Source: Pedobacter sp. (GTDB lineage: Bacteria; Desulfobacterota; Desulfuromonadia; Desulfuromonadales; Syntrophotaleaceae). Taken from it: a stretch of DNA of 64,000 nt. The stretch is from assembly GCA_050253415.1 (NCBI GenBank), contig JBFWJC010000002.1:640725-704724 (forward strand), given 5' to 3'. Positions within the stretch are counted from its first letter, which is position 1, and each line of letters begins with the position of its first letter. A program made the translations under genes and the position numbers. Positions 27,941-38,098 of the stretch are shown in pieces. The notes under the pieces were generated by a model. The model saw nothing but the letters and a program-made list of their open reading frames with translations, was not told where the DNA came from and did not search any database.

Positions 27941-29053
27941 TCAAAATCGACAGGCAGGTTGGGCGCGGCCGCTACCTTGCCTGGTCATGACAATTTGCCA
28001 TACCTGGAGATCTCTGGCGCGAAACGCCCCTGCGGATGACAGCAGGTAATACTCCCACATGCGCTTGAATCGATCATCGAAGCGGCCCCTCAGCGATGGC
28101 CAGGCCTGCTGAAAATTACGATTCCAGGCCATCAGGGTCTTGTCATAGTGGGGACCCAGATTGTGCCAGTCCTCGATTACGAACAGCCCCTCGGCCGCCT
28201 TGCTGATCTGCGCCGGACCGGGAAGCATGCCGTTGGGGAAGATGTATTTGGTCACCCAGGGGTCGCAGCCCTTGCTGGAGATATTGCTGCCGATGGTATG
28301 TAGCAGAAAGATCCCTTCGTCCTTCAGGCTACGATGCACCACTTTCATATAGGTGGGATAGTTTTTATGCCCGACATGTTCGAACATGCCGACCGACACG
28401 ATCTTGTCGAAGCGTCCGGCAATGGATCGATAATCGCACTCGTGAAAATCTACGGATAGCCCCTTGCAGCGATCACGCGCGTAACGCAGTTGGTGTTTGG
28501 AAATATTGACGGCTGTCACCCGGCAACCGTGGTGCGTCGCCACATAGCGGGCCAAACCACCCCATCCGCAGCCGATATCCAGCACATGGTCCGCCGCCGA
28601 CAGCTGCAATTTCCTGGCGATAAGAGCGAGCTTGTTTTGCTGGGCCTGATCCAGATCGTCTGTTTGTTCGAAGTAACCGCAACTGTATTGCTGGTAATCA
28701 TCCAGAAAGGAAAGAAACAGGTCGTTGCCGACGTTATAGTGGCGTTTTGCGACCATGCGACTGCGCATGCGGGATTGCAGGTTGAACAGCAGACCTGGCA
28801 AAAAACTTAGCAGGTAGCGTAAATTCCCCCTGACTTTGCTGTCCAGGCCGCAGCGCAGCAACCGGTAGAACATTTCGTCCAGCTGTGCACAATCCCACCA
28901 GCCATCCATGTAGGATTCACCCAGCCCCAGATTTTTTTCCCGCCATACCCGTCCAAACCATCGAGAGTCATTGATCTGGATATCCCAAGGATGGGGGCCG
29001 TTAAGCCTGATGCCGGCGGATGCAAGCAGTTCCTGAAGTATTTCGGGTACCAT
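27941..29053 (-). CDS. cfa: Cyclopropane-fatty-acyl-phospholipid synthase
   Basis: LGLGESYMDGWW, HYNVGNDLF, QYSCGY, LDIGCGWGG, SVGMFEHVG, YIFPNG, RMWEYYL. Confidence 0.95.
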   Translation of the reverse strand: MVPEILQELLASAGIRLNGPHPWDIQINDSRWFGRVWREKNLGLGESYMDGWWDCAQLDEMFYRLLRCGLDSKVRGNLRYLLSFLPGLLFNLQSRMRSRMVAKRHYNVGNDLFLSFLDDYQQYSCGYFEQTDDLDQAQQNKLALIARKLQLSAADHVLDIGCGWGGLARYVATHHGCRVTAVNISKHQLRYARDRCKGLSVDFHECDYRSIAGRFDKIVSVGMFEHVGHKNYPTYMKVVHRSLKDEGIFLLHTIGSNISSKGCDPWVTKYIFPNGMLPGPAQISKAAEGLFVIEDWHNLGPHYDKTLMAWNRNFQQAWPSLRGRFDDRFKRMWEYYLLSSAGAFRARDLQVWQIVMTRQGSGRAQPACRF

Positions 29054-29469
29054 GATCTCTCACTTCATGCGTGGTTGCGGCTGTCCTTTCTAAAGCGACT
29101 TCCACCTTTCCTGTCTGACGTCGTCTTGCACAGACAGTATCTATAAAAGTTATTGAGCCGGTTCGTTTTTGAAGTTTACCACCAAAGCTGGGCCGCATCG
29201 TCCGGATGTTTGTTTTCCGGTCAATGGCAAGGAAGAGATATGCAAATTCCCCAGCACGATTATAGGGCTTTGGATGCATGGAAAAATGAGAATTACGGTA
29301 ATTTTGCCGTCTTTATGTAGCTATTGCTTTTGATTTGTAACAAGATGGGCGGCGTAGTGTTGTAGGAGAACCTTGTGTTCCCCTGAAGTAGAAAACCTGC
29401 CAATCGTGGTTATACTAGCCAAAATAGGCGAAGACAGCGTCGCACATCGATCAACTTACAGGAGGAATC

Positions 29470-30669
29470 ATGCACTTTCCCATTACCGATATCGTAACCT
29501 TTGTAGGGAAAACGGATTGGGAGCTACGCAAGTTCCATGGAGAGGAATATTCCACTCATCGGGGTTCTACCTATAACTCATATTTGGTGCAGGATGAAAA
29601 AACTGCCCTTATCGATACCGTTTGGGCACCCTTCGCCAAGCACTATGTGGAAGAGTTGTTCCAAAAAATCTCTCCAGAAGATATCGACTTTGTCGTAGCC
29701 AATCATGCGGAGAGTGATCACAGCGGTGGTTTGCCGGAATTGATGCGGCATCTTCCCGGCAAACCAATCTACTGCACTGCAAATGCCGTTAAATCCTTAA
29801 AAGGTCATTACCATGCCGACTGGAACTTCCAGGTCGTCAAGACCGGAGACCGTCTGAGTCTCGGGCAACGAGAACTGATTTTCATTGAGGCGCCGATGCT
29901 GCATTGGCCCGATAGCATGTTCTGCTATCTGACCGGAGAGGATATTCTTTTTTCCAACGATGCCTTCGGGCAGCACCTGGCATCCGAGGATCTCTACAAC
30001 GATCGGGTCGATCCCTGTGAGCTGTGGGCGGAATGCATCAAATATTACGCCAACATCCTCACGCCTTTCAGTCCCCTGGTTTTGAAGAAGATACAACAAT
30101 TCGCCGGTCTTGATTTGCCGCTGAAGATGATCTGTCCCAGCCACGGAGTGATTTGGCGGGATAACCCCATGCAGATTGTCGAAAAATATCTGCAATGGGC
30201 CGACAATTATCAAGAGGATCAGATAACCCTTCTTTACGACACCATGTGGAACGGTACCCGTACCATGGCCGAGGCGATGGCGGCAGGAATCCACCAGGCT
30301 TCTCCGGATACGACAGTCAAGATTTTTAATTGTGCCCGGTCTGACAAAAACGATGTCATCACCGAAGTGTTTAAATCAAAGGCGATTCTGGTCGGATCTC
30401 CTACCATCAACCAGGGCATCCTTTCTGCGATGGCGGCTATTTTGGAAGAAATCCGCGGTCTGAAGTTTCGCGGCAAAAAGGCGGCAGCCTTTGGCGCCTA
30501 TGGATGGAGCGGCGAGGGTATCGGAATGATCGGCGACAAACTCAGTGAGGCCGGATTTGAACTGGTCAACAGTGGCTTGCGCCAGTTATGGGCTCCAGAC
30601 AGCGAAGCACTGCAACAATGTGCAGCGTTTGGCAAGGAATTCGTCGATCAAATCGGCCAGGTTCAGTAA
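29470..30669 (+). CDS. fprA: Flavodiiron protein (FprA/NorV-like, NO/O2 reductase; no rubredoxin domain)
   Basis: GSTYNSY, NHAESDH, HWPDSM, SNDAFGQH, PSHG, flavodoxin domain YDTMWNGT and GAYGWSG. Confidence 0.92.
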   Translation: MHFPITDIVTFVGKTDWELRKFHGEEYSTHRGSTYNSYLVQDEKTALIDTVWAPFAKHYVEELFQKISPEDIDFVVANHAESDHSGGLPELMRHLPGKPIYCTANAVKSLKGHYHADWNFQVVKTGDRLSLGQRELIFIEAPMLHWPDSMFCYLTGEDILFSNDAFGQHLASEDLYNDRVDPCELWAECIKYYANILTPFSPLVLKKIQQFAGLDLPLKMICPSHGVIWRDNPMQIVEKYLQWADNYQEDQITLLYDTMWNGTRTMAEAMAAGIHQASPDTTVKIFNCARSDKNDVITEVFKSKAILVGSPTINQGILSAMAAILEEIRGLKFRGKKAAAFGAYGWSGEGIGMIGDKLSEAGFELVNSGLRQLWAPDSEALQQCAAFGKEFVDQIGQVQ

Positions 30670-30843
30670 TGGACCGCACCGTGCTCTCAACCAGATGACA
30701 CTTGCAGCGTATATCCGTCGGCAGGTGTAAAGCCGTCGCCATGGGTCTGTCGGATTGTATGGGCCGAATTTGCAGCCGGCTCATGGATAGTCCGACAGAC
30801 TCCTGGTAGTCGTGAATTATGGGCAGGTTGAATCAAGCGGATA

Positions 30844-31125
30844 TCAGGGATGTTGTATTTTACCGATGGCGGGTTCGCCAAATGGTGAGTGGGGCTGCCG
30901 GGAGTTTTCCAGAAAGTACGTCAGCAGATTTTTAGCCGTCTTGCGGGCGCCGGGAAATGATCCGAGTATCATTCCGGTAGCAAAAGCGGCAAACAGACAG
31001 GCTTTGGGCGATTGACGTGAAATCTCCAGAGCGGAAGTCAGCCACAACGGTTCTCCCGCGGCCGTCAACCGGAGCTTTGCTTTGGCCTCGCGGACGTTTA
31101 GCGAAGCATTCTGCGTGCGTGGCAT
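30844..31125 (-). CDS. Small hypothetical membrane protein (third gene of the DUF883 cluster)
   Basis: Overlaps the upstream gene end; one hydrophobic segment; YqjK-like position. Confidence 0.5.
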   Translation of the reverse strand: MPRTQNASLNVREAKAKLRLTAAGEPLWLTSALEISRQSPKACLFAAFATGMILGSFPGARKTAKNLLTYFLENSRQPHSPFGEPAIGKIQHP

Positions 31126-31376
31126 AAAAATGCTCCTGCAGTGAGAATGAGGGTCAACGCGCAGAGCGAAAGGGCTCCCGGCTGTTCCATAACCCTTATC
31201 AGAATGAGGTAAAACGCCCACATCAAAAGCCCCAGCGCACTGAGAGTTATCAACATGGCGGCGAGTCCGATCATAAGCACCGCGCCAAGTACCACGATGC
31301 CCCGCCGTGCCGATATAGCCTCAGCCTCAACCAGATCCATAAAAGCAATTAAAAAATCGGCGATGGATTTTAGCAT
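31098..31376 (-). CDS. Small two-TM protein (YqjE/holin-like position)
   Basis: DLVEAEA followed by two hydrophobic helices; directly after the DUF883 gene. Confidence 0.6.
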   Translation of the reverse strand: MLKSIADFLIAFMDLVEAEAISARRGIVVLGAVLMIGLAAMLITLSALGLLMWAFYLILIRVMEQPGALSLCALTLILTAGAFLCHARRMLR

Positions 31377-31380
31377 GAGC

Positions 31381-31701
31381 CTACTTGCGCGATACCAGCC
31401 AGCCAACAATAAAACCAATGCCGCCTGCAGTCAGAATAGATGTCAGAGGATTTTCTTCGATCTTTTTTTCGACCTTGCCGATGGTTTCCTGTCCGTGCTG
31501 TTTGATCCCGGTGGCAGAGTCCTGAAGACGGGAAAGAAGTTTCTGGGTTTCCGCTTCAAGCTTTTGTCGGGCTGCATTAACCATCTCACTGGTAAGATCC
31601 TTGCTGTCGTCTTTAAGTTTGATCGTATCCGCCTGCAATTGTTTTAAGTCCTTGCGGATGGCTTCAAGTTCCTTTTGAACAGCGCTCTCATTCATGGTCA
31701 T
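31381..31701 (-). CDS. DUF883 / ElaB-YqjD family membrane-anchored protein
   Basis: Coiled N-terminus and C-terminal IEENPLTSILTAGGIGFIVGWL. Confidence 0.85.
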   Translation of the reverse strand: MTMNESAVQKELEAIRKDLKQLQADTIKLKDDSKDLTSEMVNAARQKLEAETQKLLSRLQDSATGIKQHGQETIGKVEKKIEENPLTSILTAGGIGFIVGWLVSRK

Positions 31702-32105
31702 GCCTCGTTTTTGTTGGGTTATCTTCAAATATTTTGTTTCGGGATTAATCCATAGACGCTAATTATAAGCTCGGGAAAGAGCATTTAAGGTGCCTTTCCT
31801 TAACTGTAGCAAAAGAAAGAGGCTTGGCAACTCGATGAGCAGGTCCATACTTGGCAGATCTTATTTTGCCTGCAAAAATCGACGAGTAATCTGTTTCATT
31901 GGGTTGGCTTGGCCCGATCTCAGATGCTCAAATATATCTCCATGATCACCTGCATACATAATGGGAGTTGAGTGGATTGACATCCCCTTCTCATATGTTT
32001 CAGTGAATGGAAAATACAGACTTTTGACAATGTGGAGCGGTGCGGTCAGTCAATCCGCGAGGGTTGGGCCGCTTTGTCTGTCTTACTCACTAAAGGAGCA
32101 GGGAT

Positions 32106-32360
32106 ATGAACTGGATCATCTCGTTGATTATTGGCGGAATTGTTGGCTGGCTGGCAAGTATCCTGATGAAAATCAATTCCCAGATGGGTTTGGTCGCCAA
32201 CGTGCTGGTGGGCGTGGGGGGCTCGATGCTGGGCTTCTGGATCGCCGGAGGTTTGGGTCTGTCGCCCACCGGCGGTATCCTGCGCTTCGTAGTCGCAATC
32301 GCAGGTGCGGTCCTGCTGATCTTCATCCTGCGCAAGCTCGGTGTCTTTCGCAAGGCATAA
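32106..32360 (+). CDS. GlsB/YeaQ/YmgE-family stress membrane protein
   Basis: IIGGIVGWLAS, N..VGVGGS.LG, A..GAVLL; AAGGAG RBS. Confidence 0.88.
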   Translation: MNWIISLIIGGIVGWLASILMKINSQMGLVANVLVGVGGSMLGFWIAGGLGLSPTGGILRFVVAIAGAVLLIFILRKLGVFRKA

Positions 32361-32609
32361 CACGGGTTCCATCAGAGATGGCCAGTGTCCAGCCTAATGT
32401 GGACAGGCTGGTTCGCGACATGGAAAGCGCTTATTGCGCAGGCCGATGCGTTTATTGCGTCACTGCAGGCGGAATAAGTCATCGATCGGTTTCTTGACGG
32501 AGACCGCCGGAAGGTTGTCGAATCCTTTTCGGTAGACTGAAATATAATGGTGCCCGTGAATGTCCCTGTGCGACGCGGCCGTAAGAAGTAATATTGAGAG
32601 ACATCGCAA

Positions 32610-33089
32610 ATGACTATTTTTTTGTGGATTCTGGCCGGGCTGCTGGTGGCGTCAGGCCTTGCTGGCTTGCTGCTGCCGGCCCTGCCGGGGCCGCCGCTGA
32701 TTTTCGCAGGGTTGCTGTGCGCCGCCTGGGCGGAGGATTTTGTTTATGTGGGGTGGCGTACTTTGACGCTGTTGGGCGGCTTGGCTCTGTTGGCCGTTGC
32801 GGCAGACTTTGTTGCCGGAGCGTTTGGTGCAAAGCATTTCGGAGCTTCCTCCAAGGCCATGGTCGGTGCGGCCATAGGGGCGTTAATCGGCCTATTTTTA
32901 GGGCCGCTGGGTCTGCTTCTTGGACCTTTTCTCGGTGCCATGGCGGGTGAATTGAGCGCGCGCGCCGATCTGCAAGCTGCCAGTCGCGCCGGAGTCGGAG
33001 CGGTCATCGGCCTGGCAGTGGGCACCGCTGCCAAAATGGCCCTGACTATCGCGATGATAGGTCTTTTTCTGGTCGTGCGCCTATTTTGA
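32610..33089 (+). CDS. DUF456-family membrane protein
   Basis: LPALPGPPL, GAKHFGAS, GPFLGAMAGE. Confidence 0.85.
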   Translation: MTIFLWILAGLLVASGLAGLLLPALPGPPLIFAGLLCAAWAEDFVYVGWRTLTLLGGLALLAVAADFVAGAFGAKHFGASSKAMVGAAIGALIGLFLGPLGLLLGPFLGAMAGELSARADLQAASRAGVGAVIGLAVGTAAKMALTIAMIGLFLVVRLF

Positions 33090-33253
33090 ATTAAGGTTAG
33101 ATGAGGGAACTATCCTGACACCGTGGGCGAAAGTCCGATTCTTTCGAGCCCCCTCTACGAGAAACCCCACCGAGTTCGTTCTACGGTTTTTTTAATGGGT
33201 AATTTTTTTTGGATGAAAGCTACGCTATCTGTTAAACTTGGCTCAATTCATGT

Positions 33254-33327
33254 GCGTCCGTAGCTCAACTGGATAGAGCACCAGACTTCGGATCTGGGGG
33301 TTGTAGGTTCGACTCCTACCGGGCGCG
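33254..33327 (+). tRNA. tRNA-Arg, anticodon TCG; CCA not encoded
   Basis: Acceptor GCGTCCG/CGGGCGC, D arm GCTC..GAGC, anticodon arm CCAGA-CTTCGGA-TCTGG, T arm GTAGG-TTCGACT-CCTAC. Confidence 0.95.
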
Positions 33328-33351
33328 TATTCCAAATAATTGTGATATTTG

Positions 33352-33385
33352 AAAAGCCCACCGGCGGTGCCGGGTGGGCTTTTTT
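33352..33385 (+). terminator. Rho-independent terminator after tRNA-Arg
   Basis: AAAAGCCCACC...GGTGGGCTTTTTT. Confidence 0.85.
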
Positions 33386-33570
33386 GTGTTTTTTGTCCCG
33401 TCCTGAAATAAGTTTACACCTAGGAGCCTTATTTCAGGCCGGGACATATGGATGGGTGATCTATGGAAAAGTGAGGCGATTGATCTTGCCCTCTTGACGT
33501 TCCGAGCCTTTTGCCTTTGTTAGGTGTCTTGGTCGTCGTCATATTTGTTACAATATGGATTATGGAAAAC

Positions 33571-34689
33571 ATGGGACTGAACAACAAGACCATTCCACGC
33601 GAGCAGCAGGATCGCGCCGAGGCAGCGCTCGCCTCCTTGTTTGTCGGCGATGCTCTGGCGATGCCGGTGCACTGGTTCTATAACCCCGACGATATCGAGC
33701 GTGCATTCCCTGGCGGCATCCGGCAGTTTGAAGCTGCTCCGGAATTTCATCCGTCGTCGATTATGTCGCTCCACTCGACCCGCCAAGGAGGTCGATCAGG
33801 TCGAGATCAACAACAAGATAGCGAGTCCCCGGAGATTGTCGGTCAGGTAATTCTAAAGGGGCGTCGGCACCTGTGGGGGCAGCCCAACCGGCACTACCAT
33901 CATGGCATGAAGGCCGGCGACAATACCCTCAACGCGCACTGCGCCCGGGTGTTAATGCGGTCCATCATCGCCAATAACGGTTGCTATAACCCAGATCGCT
34001 TTCTGGAAGCCTATATCGAGTTCATGACAGCAGACCCTCCACGTCACCGAGACACCTACGCCGAATCTTACCATCGGGGTTTCTTTGCCAACCTCATGGC
34101 AGGGAAGCCGCCACATCAATGCGGTGCCCGCACCCACGACACCCCGTCCATGGGTGGTCTGGTTACCATCGGTCCGCTGGCCATTCACGAATTTCTGCAG
34201 GGTTACGAGGTAGAGCGTGTCCAGGCGACCTGTCGAACGCATCTGTCTCTGACTCACCCCGATGAGGACCTCGGTAAGATATGCGATGGATATGTGGCGC
34301 TTATCGCTGGCCTGCTGATGCGAAAACCGGAGGACCCTCCCCAACCGTACCTTCTGACGGCGGCTCAAACTACGCTGGGCATCGATCTGAAAGCAATGGC
34401 GGCCAGTACCCGATCCGATCGCCAAGTGGTCGGAGGTACATATTCAACCGCCTGCTACATCCAGGACTCCTGGCCCAGCCTGCTTTACTTGGCCTTCAAG
34501 TACATGGACAACCCAAGAGCCGCCCTGCTGGCCAATACCAACCTGGGCGGTGAAAACGCGCACCGTGGAGCAGTGCTGGGGGGTGTTGTCAGCCTGGCTT
34601 GCGGGCAAACGGTCGATGAGTGGTTTAAGCAACTGTTGGATTACCGGACTATCAAGGCAGAAATAGGTGCGCTGCTGACCCTTGGATGA
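33571..34689 (+). CDS. ADP-ribosylglycohydrolase-family protein
   Basis: GDALAMPVHW, GDNT, LTHP, NTNLGGENAHRGAVLG; start uncertain (33562 or 33571). Confidence 0.8.
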   Translation: MGLNNKTIPREQQDRAEAALASLFVGDALAMPVHWFYNPDDIERAFPGGIRQFEAAPEFHPSSIMSLHSTRQGGRSGRDQQQDSESPEIVGQVILKGRRHLWGQPNRHYHHGMKAGDNTLNAHCARVLMRSIIANNGCYNPDRFLEAYIEFMTADPPRHRDTYAESYHRGFFANLMAGKPPHQCGARTHDTPSMGGLVTIGPLAIHEFLQGYEVERVQATCRTHLSLTHPDEDLGKICDGYVALIAGLLMRKPEDPPQPYLLTAAQTTLGIDLKAMAASTRSDRQVVGGTYSTACYIQDSWPSLLYLAFKYMDNPRAALLANTNLGGENAHRGAVLGGVVSLACGQTVDEWFKQLLDYRTIKAEIGALLTLG

Positions 34690-34708
34690 TAAGTCCCAGA
34701 CAGACCCT

Positions 34709-35794
34709 CTATGGGATCTCTTTTTCGGCTCCGCAGTGCGAACAGTGCGGCAGCATGACGTGCCTTATCTTGTGGCAGGCCGGACATTCCTCAAAAAGGC
34801 TGCTGCCGCAAGAAGGGCACGAATAGACCTCTTCCTGATCGCCGCAATCGTTGGGCACAACGATTTTGTTGACGGTGCGGCGCGTCCAGAAAAGAAAACG
34901 GCGGGGGCCGGTGCGGATGGGGTATTCGCACACCGGGCACAGAAACCGCTCGTAGGCTTCCCGGTACTGCTTGACCAGCCACTGGGTTTTTGGGAAGGCG
35001 ATGGTGCGGATGAAATGAATCAACAGTCGCGCTACTACGATCAGCAGGCCACCGATGAGGATGTATTTAAAGTACTTGGACGGGAAGTACTCGTGAACCA
35101 CCAGGGTGACCTTGAGCAGGGTTGCCGCGCCAAAGGCCAGGTACATCGAAAAATAGATGCTGTGGCGCTTCTTGATAATAAGAAACGCGGCCGCCGCCAG
35201 AATCGGCAATAAGATCGCCAGTTGAAACAACGCCAGTTTCAGCCGATGCCTCTGGTGAAGGGCGTTGTACTCCGCCCTTGCCGGCTTGCGCTGTTTTTCA
35301 ATCTCTTGTTCTTGTTGATCCCGCTCCCGCACCAGCTCCTGCTTGCGTTCGAGCATGTCCGATACGGTCTGACTCAGTTCCTGGTATTTCCTCTGATTAT
35401 CCAAAAAGAGATTCAGGCTGCTGGTGAAGTTGGCCTGTTCCGTGTCGGAGAAGGCGATATTTTTTTGCATACCGAGTTTTTGCAGCTCGATAAGTTGGTT
35501 GATGGTCTGCTGGAGGTTGCGGGAACTGTCCCCAACGACACGTTGTTTTTCCTCCTGGTTGTCGATCTGGCGCGACAGATCGGCGATTTGATCCTCAAGA
35601 TCGCGGCGTTTATTGACGAGATCCTTGTCCAGGTGTTTTTGTTCGATATCGCTGTAGTTGGGGCCTGGAATGGACCGGATGTCATCGACAAAGAACCCAA
35701 GAGTCCAGAAAATGAGGACAGCAAGGATCACGGTGAAGAGTTTGATGGCAAAACGATGAATCCATGTTCCCTTTGATTTTGATTCGGTCTTCAT
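34709..35794 (-). CDS. Membrane protein with coiled coil and C-terminal double zinc ribbon
   Basis: N-terminal TM, long Q/E/K-rich coiled coil, three TMs, then CPVC, CPSC, CPAC and CSHC. Confidence 0.75.
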   Translation of the reverse strand: MKTESKSKGTWIHRFAIKLFTVILAVLIFWTLGFFVDDIRSIPGPNYSDIEQKHLDKDLVNKRRDLEDQIADLSRQIDNQEEKQRVVGDSSRNLQQTINQLIELQKLGMQKNIAFSDTEQANFTSSLNLFLDNQRKYQELSQTVSDMLERKQELVRERDQQEQEIEKQRKPARAEYNALHQRHRLKLALFQLAILLPILAAAAFLIIKKRHSIYFSMYLAFGAATLLKVTLVVHEYFPSKYFKYILIGGLLIVVARLLIHFIRTIAFPKTQWLVKQYREAYERFLCPVCEYPIRTGPRRFLFWTRRTVNKIVVPNDCGDQEEVYSCPSCGSSLFEECPACHKIRHVMLPHCSHCGAEKEIP

Positions 35795-35935
35795 TCTTTA
35801 CGCCCCCTTTGTGATTCAAATAACATTGCAGCTGGTTGTTGGCCGGTACAGCAGAGTCGATGCTGGGTTAAATCATGTGCAGTATGAACTATGAAAAAAT
35901 TAATCCGGTATCTCAGCTTAGCGTTGTGGATAGCA

Positions 35936-36565
35936 TTAACCATTGTAGAGATACAAAATCATCTTTCTTGCAGGACTTACAATGATTACGCCAATTCGGC
36001 CGTACGCATAGTAGCTACCAGGGCTGTTGATGATCCAATTCGCTTCTTCGGCTATCTCGGGTTTAATGTCGATACAAAAACCGTAAGCGCAGATGTAATC
36101 ATAGATGTTAAATGTTTTCGTTTTTTCGTTTGGCCCCCAGTGGTGCCCCGGTTTTATAGGAGTTTCTGACCAGTTGGAATAATCCCCTTGCCAACGTCTG
36201 TTGCGCTGATGTTGGTTTGGCGGCATGTTATGTAAGAACGCGATACCATGCTCTGTTATTTGCGAGGCTATTTCCTTCGATAGAGGATAGACCCTGATGC
36301 CGGCCTCGTTGCCACCCGGTCCAAACCCCCATGATTCTTCTTCCCGGTACGATATCGAATGTACACCCAGGGCATCCGGGATAAAACTAAGTAGAAAATT
36401 TCGTTCATAAATTTTGAAGGCTGCGAATGGGGCAGCCACAAGCAAAAGCATTACCAGCAAAAGCAGCAAAAAGTTGGATCGCGAGAGCTTTTTGTACGCA
36501 TAAATAAGCGCTGCAACGGTTGCTATGGGTGTCAGTAGAAAAGGTATGAGGAATATGTATATCAT
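35936..36565 (-). CDS. Hypothetical membrane-anchored protein (AT-richer than flanks)
   Basis: 209-aa ORF with two N-terminal hydrophobic helices. Confidence 0.65.
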   Translation of the reverse strand: MIYIFLIPFLLTPIATVAALIYAYKKLSRSNFLLLLLVMLLLVAAPFAAFKIYERNFLLSFIPDALGVHSISYREEESWGFGPGGNEAGIRVYPLSKEIASQITEHGIAFLHNMPPNQHQRNRRWQGDYSNWSETPIKPGHHWGPNEKTKTFNIYDYICAYGFCIDIKPEIAEEANWIINSPGSYYAYGRIGVIIVSPARKMILYLYNG

Positions 36566-36778
36566 TTGTACTTCATGGCTGAGAGACTTTGCGGCACGAA
36601 GCTGCCGTAAAAAACCAGCTGAATCGAAGCGCCTGGCAGGAACCCCGCCTCTGTGAAAGATAAATATTTGTTCATTGGTAAGTTGAGAGAAATATTAATG
36701 CTTTTTCGGTCTTTTGGCAATGGGTGAGTAGCAGCGCATGGCCTTTTTTTCCATTGATGGTGCGCCTGTGAAAGGGAT

Positions 36779-37924
36779 TTAGGGGGCAACCCGCTTGCGC
36801 TCTTGGAACACGTAGTGGCACAGATGCCTGACCTTGTCTCCATGCATGCGGATCCTATCCTCGTCGAGATCCTGGGCCAGCCACTGGAGGATGATCCTGT
36901 CTTCGCCGTCGTGGATGTGGGGCATGAGTCCTGCGAAGAAGAACCCCATGTGCTCACATTCCTCCACCAGTGATGGCGCGTCGGGCGTTCCTGTCGGAAT
37001 AAATACGTACACCGCATTCATCGCCAGCCTTTGGCAGCAGCGGCGAGCGTCGTCGATGGCCGTGGCGACACCCCGGCCGATGGCATTCACGAGGATGAAG
37101 GCAACATTCAGGTCCGATCCCAGACGGAGTACGCTTAACTTTGGTGATGAGTCGGAGAATGTCCCGCCGGATCCCTGTGCGACGGTGCGTGGCAGGTCCA
37201 TCCAGCCGTAGATGTCGGTCGCGATGCCATGGTGCCAGGCCGGGAGGTAAATGGTACGGTGCGCCTTATTGATGGGGATATACTGGTTTACCGTGGAGCC
37301 TTTTTCCTGAACCGTTGAATCGGGTACGTTGGACTGCATGCCCGTGGCCGCGATGCCCATCATCAATCCGCACGGGAAGGCCCCGATCTCCTCCATGCCC
37401 TTCTGGGATGCTGTGTGTGTGGTCACCGAGCAGGCAAATACTCCCTCCGCGCCATGCGCTTTGGCGTATTCGAGCGCTGTCAGGCCCACTTGTTTGGACA
37501 ACCCGGCGCAGCGGTAAGCCAGGTCCATGAAGGCGAAGCCCATCTCGGGGACCTCAGGAGTATGGTACTTGAGTGCCAGATGGTAGAAGATGTTCCCCTT
37601 CGGCTCGGTGATTACGAAGAACACCAATTCTCCCGTGTTCAGCGATTGCTGGAAGGAGTCCACGTCATAGAGCAACCGTTCCTGGGTGTATCCGTAGCAT
37701 CTCACCGCCAACTGGCGGATGAGCGGGACGTCTTCCGCCGAGGCCAGGCGGATTATCGGTTCGCTCACGCGGATGCGGCGCTGTCGCTCGGTCCTCGGGT
37801 GTAGTACCTCTCGGGCCATGACTTTATTCTGCACAGGGCTCTCGTCATTGGCCTCCTGCAAACGATGCTCAGCAGCTTGCGGACGATGTTCGTTCGATTT
37901 TATCGGTAAGGTTTTGTTTTCCAA
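36779..37924 (-). CDS. Putative GNAT-fold protein
   Basis: IRLAS.ED, EMG.AFMD..YRCAGL acetyl-CoA-loop-like segment, H.ASQK, GFFFAG; TTG start with GGAGG upstream. Confidence 0.55.
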   Translation of the reverse strand: MENKTLPIKSNEHRPQAAEHRLQEANDESPVQNKVMAREVLHPRTERQRRIRVSEPIIRLASAEDVPLIRQLAVRCYGYTQERLLYDVDSFQQSLNTGELVFFVITEPKGNIFYHLALKYHTPEVPEMGFAFMDLAYRCAGLSKQVGLTALEYAKAHGAEGVFACSVTTHTASQKGMEEIGAFPCGLMMGIAATGMQSNVPDSTVQEKGSTVNQYIPINKAHRTIYLPAWHHGIATDIYGWMDLPRTVAQGSGGTFSDSSPKLSVLRLGSDLNVAFILVNAIGRGVATAIDDARRCCQRLAMNAVYVFIPTGTPDAPSLVEECEHMGFFFAGLMPHIHDGEDRIILQWLAQDLDEDRIRMHGDKVRHLCHYVFQERKRVAP

Positions 37925-38098
37925 GGTACGGATGTTTCCTCCCCGAAAGTTTAAATGATAATTGAAGGGCTACCACGGTCGATATCAGTCCAAGTATTAC
38001 CATAGATCGTGGTTGCAACGTGTGGATTCATGCCCCGGTTTGCTGACGAAGTGGTTTTTACTATTGTTTTTCATGGGACTCTGATCCCAGTGGCTTGC

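Noticed and set aside
33121..33192. Possible riboswitch or ncRNA before tRNA-Arg (CCGTGGGCGAA...TTCGTTCTACGG plus T run)
   Set aside because: Imperfect pairing and no match to a riboswitch consensus I recognise; needs an Rfam/Infernal scan.
33305..33327. tRNA 3' end as the att site of an intact integrative element
   Set aside because: I saw no second copy of this sequence and no integrase in the window.
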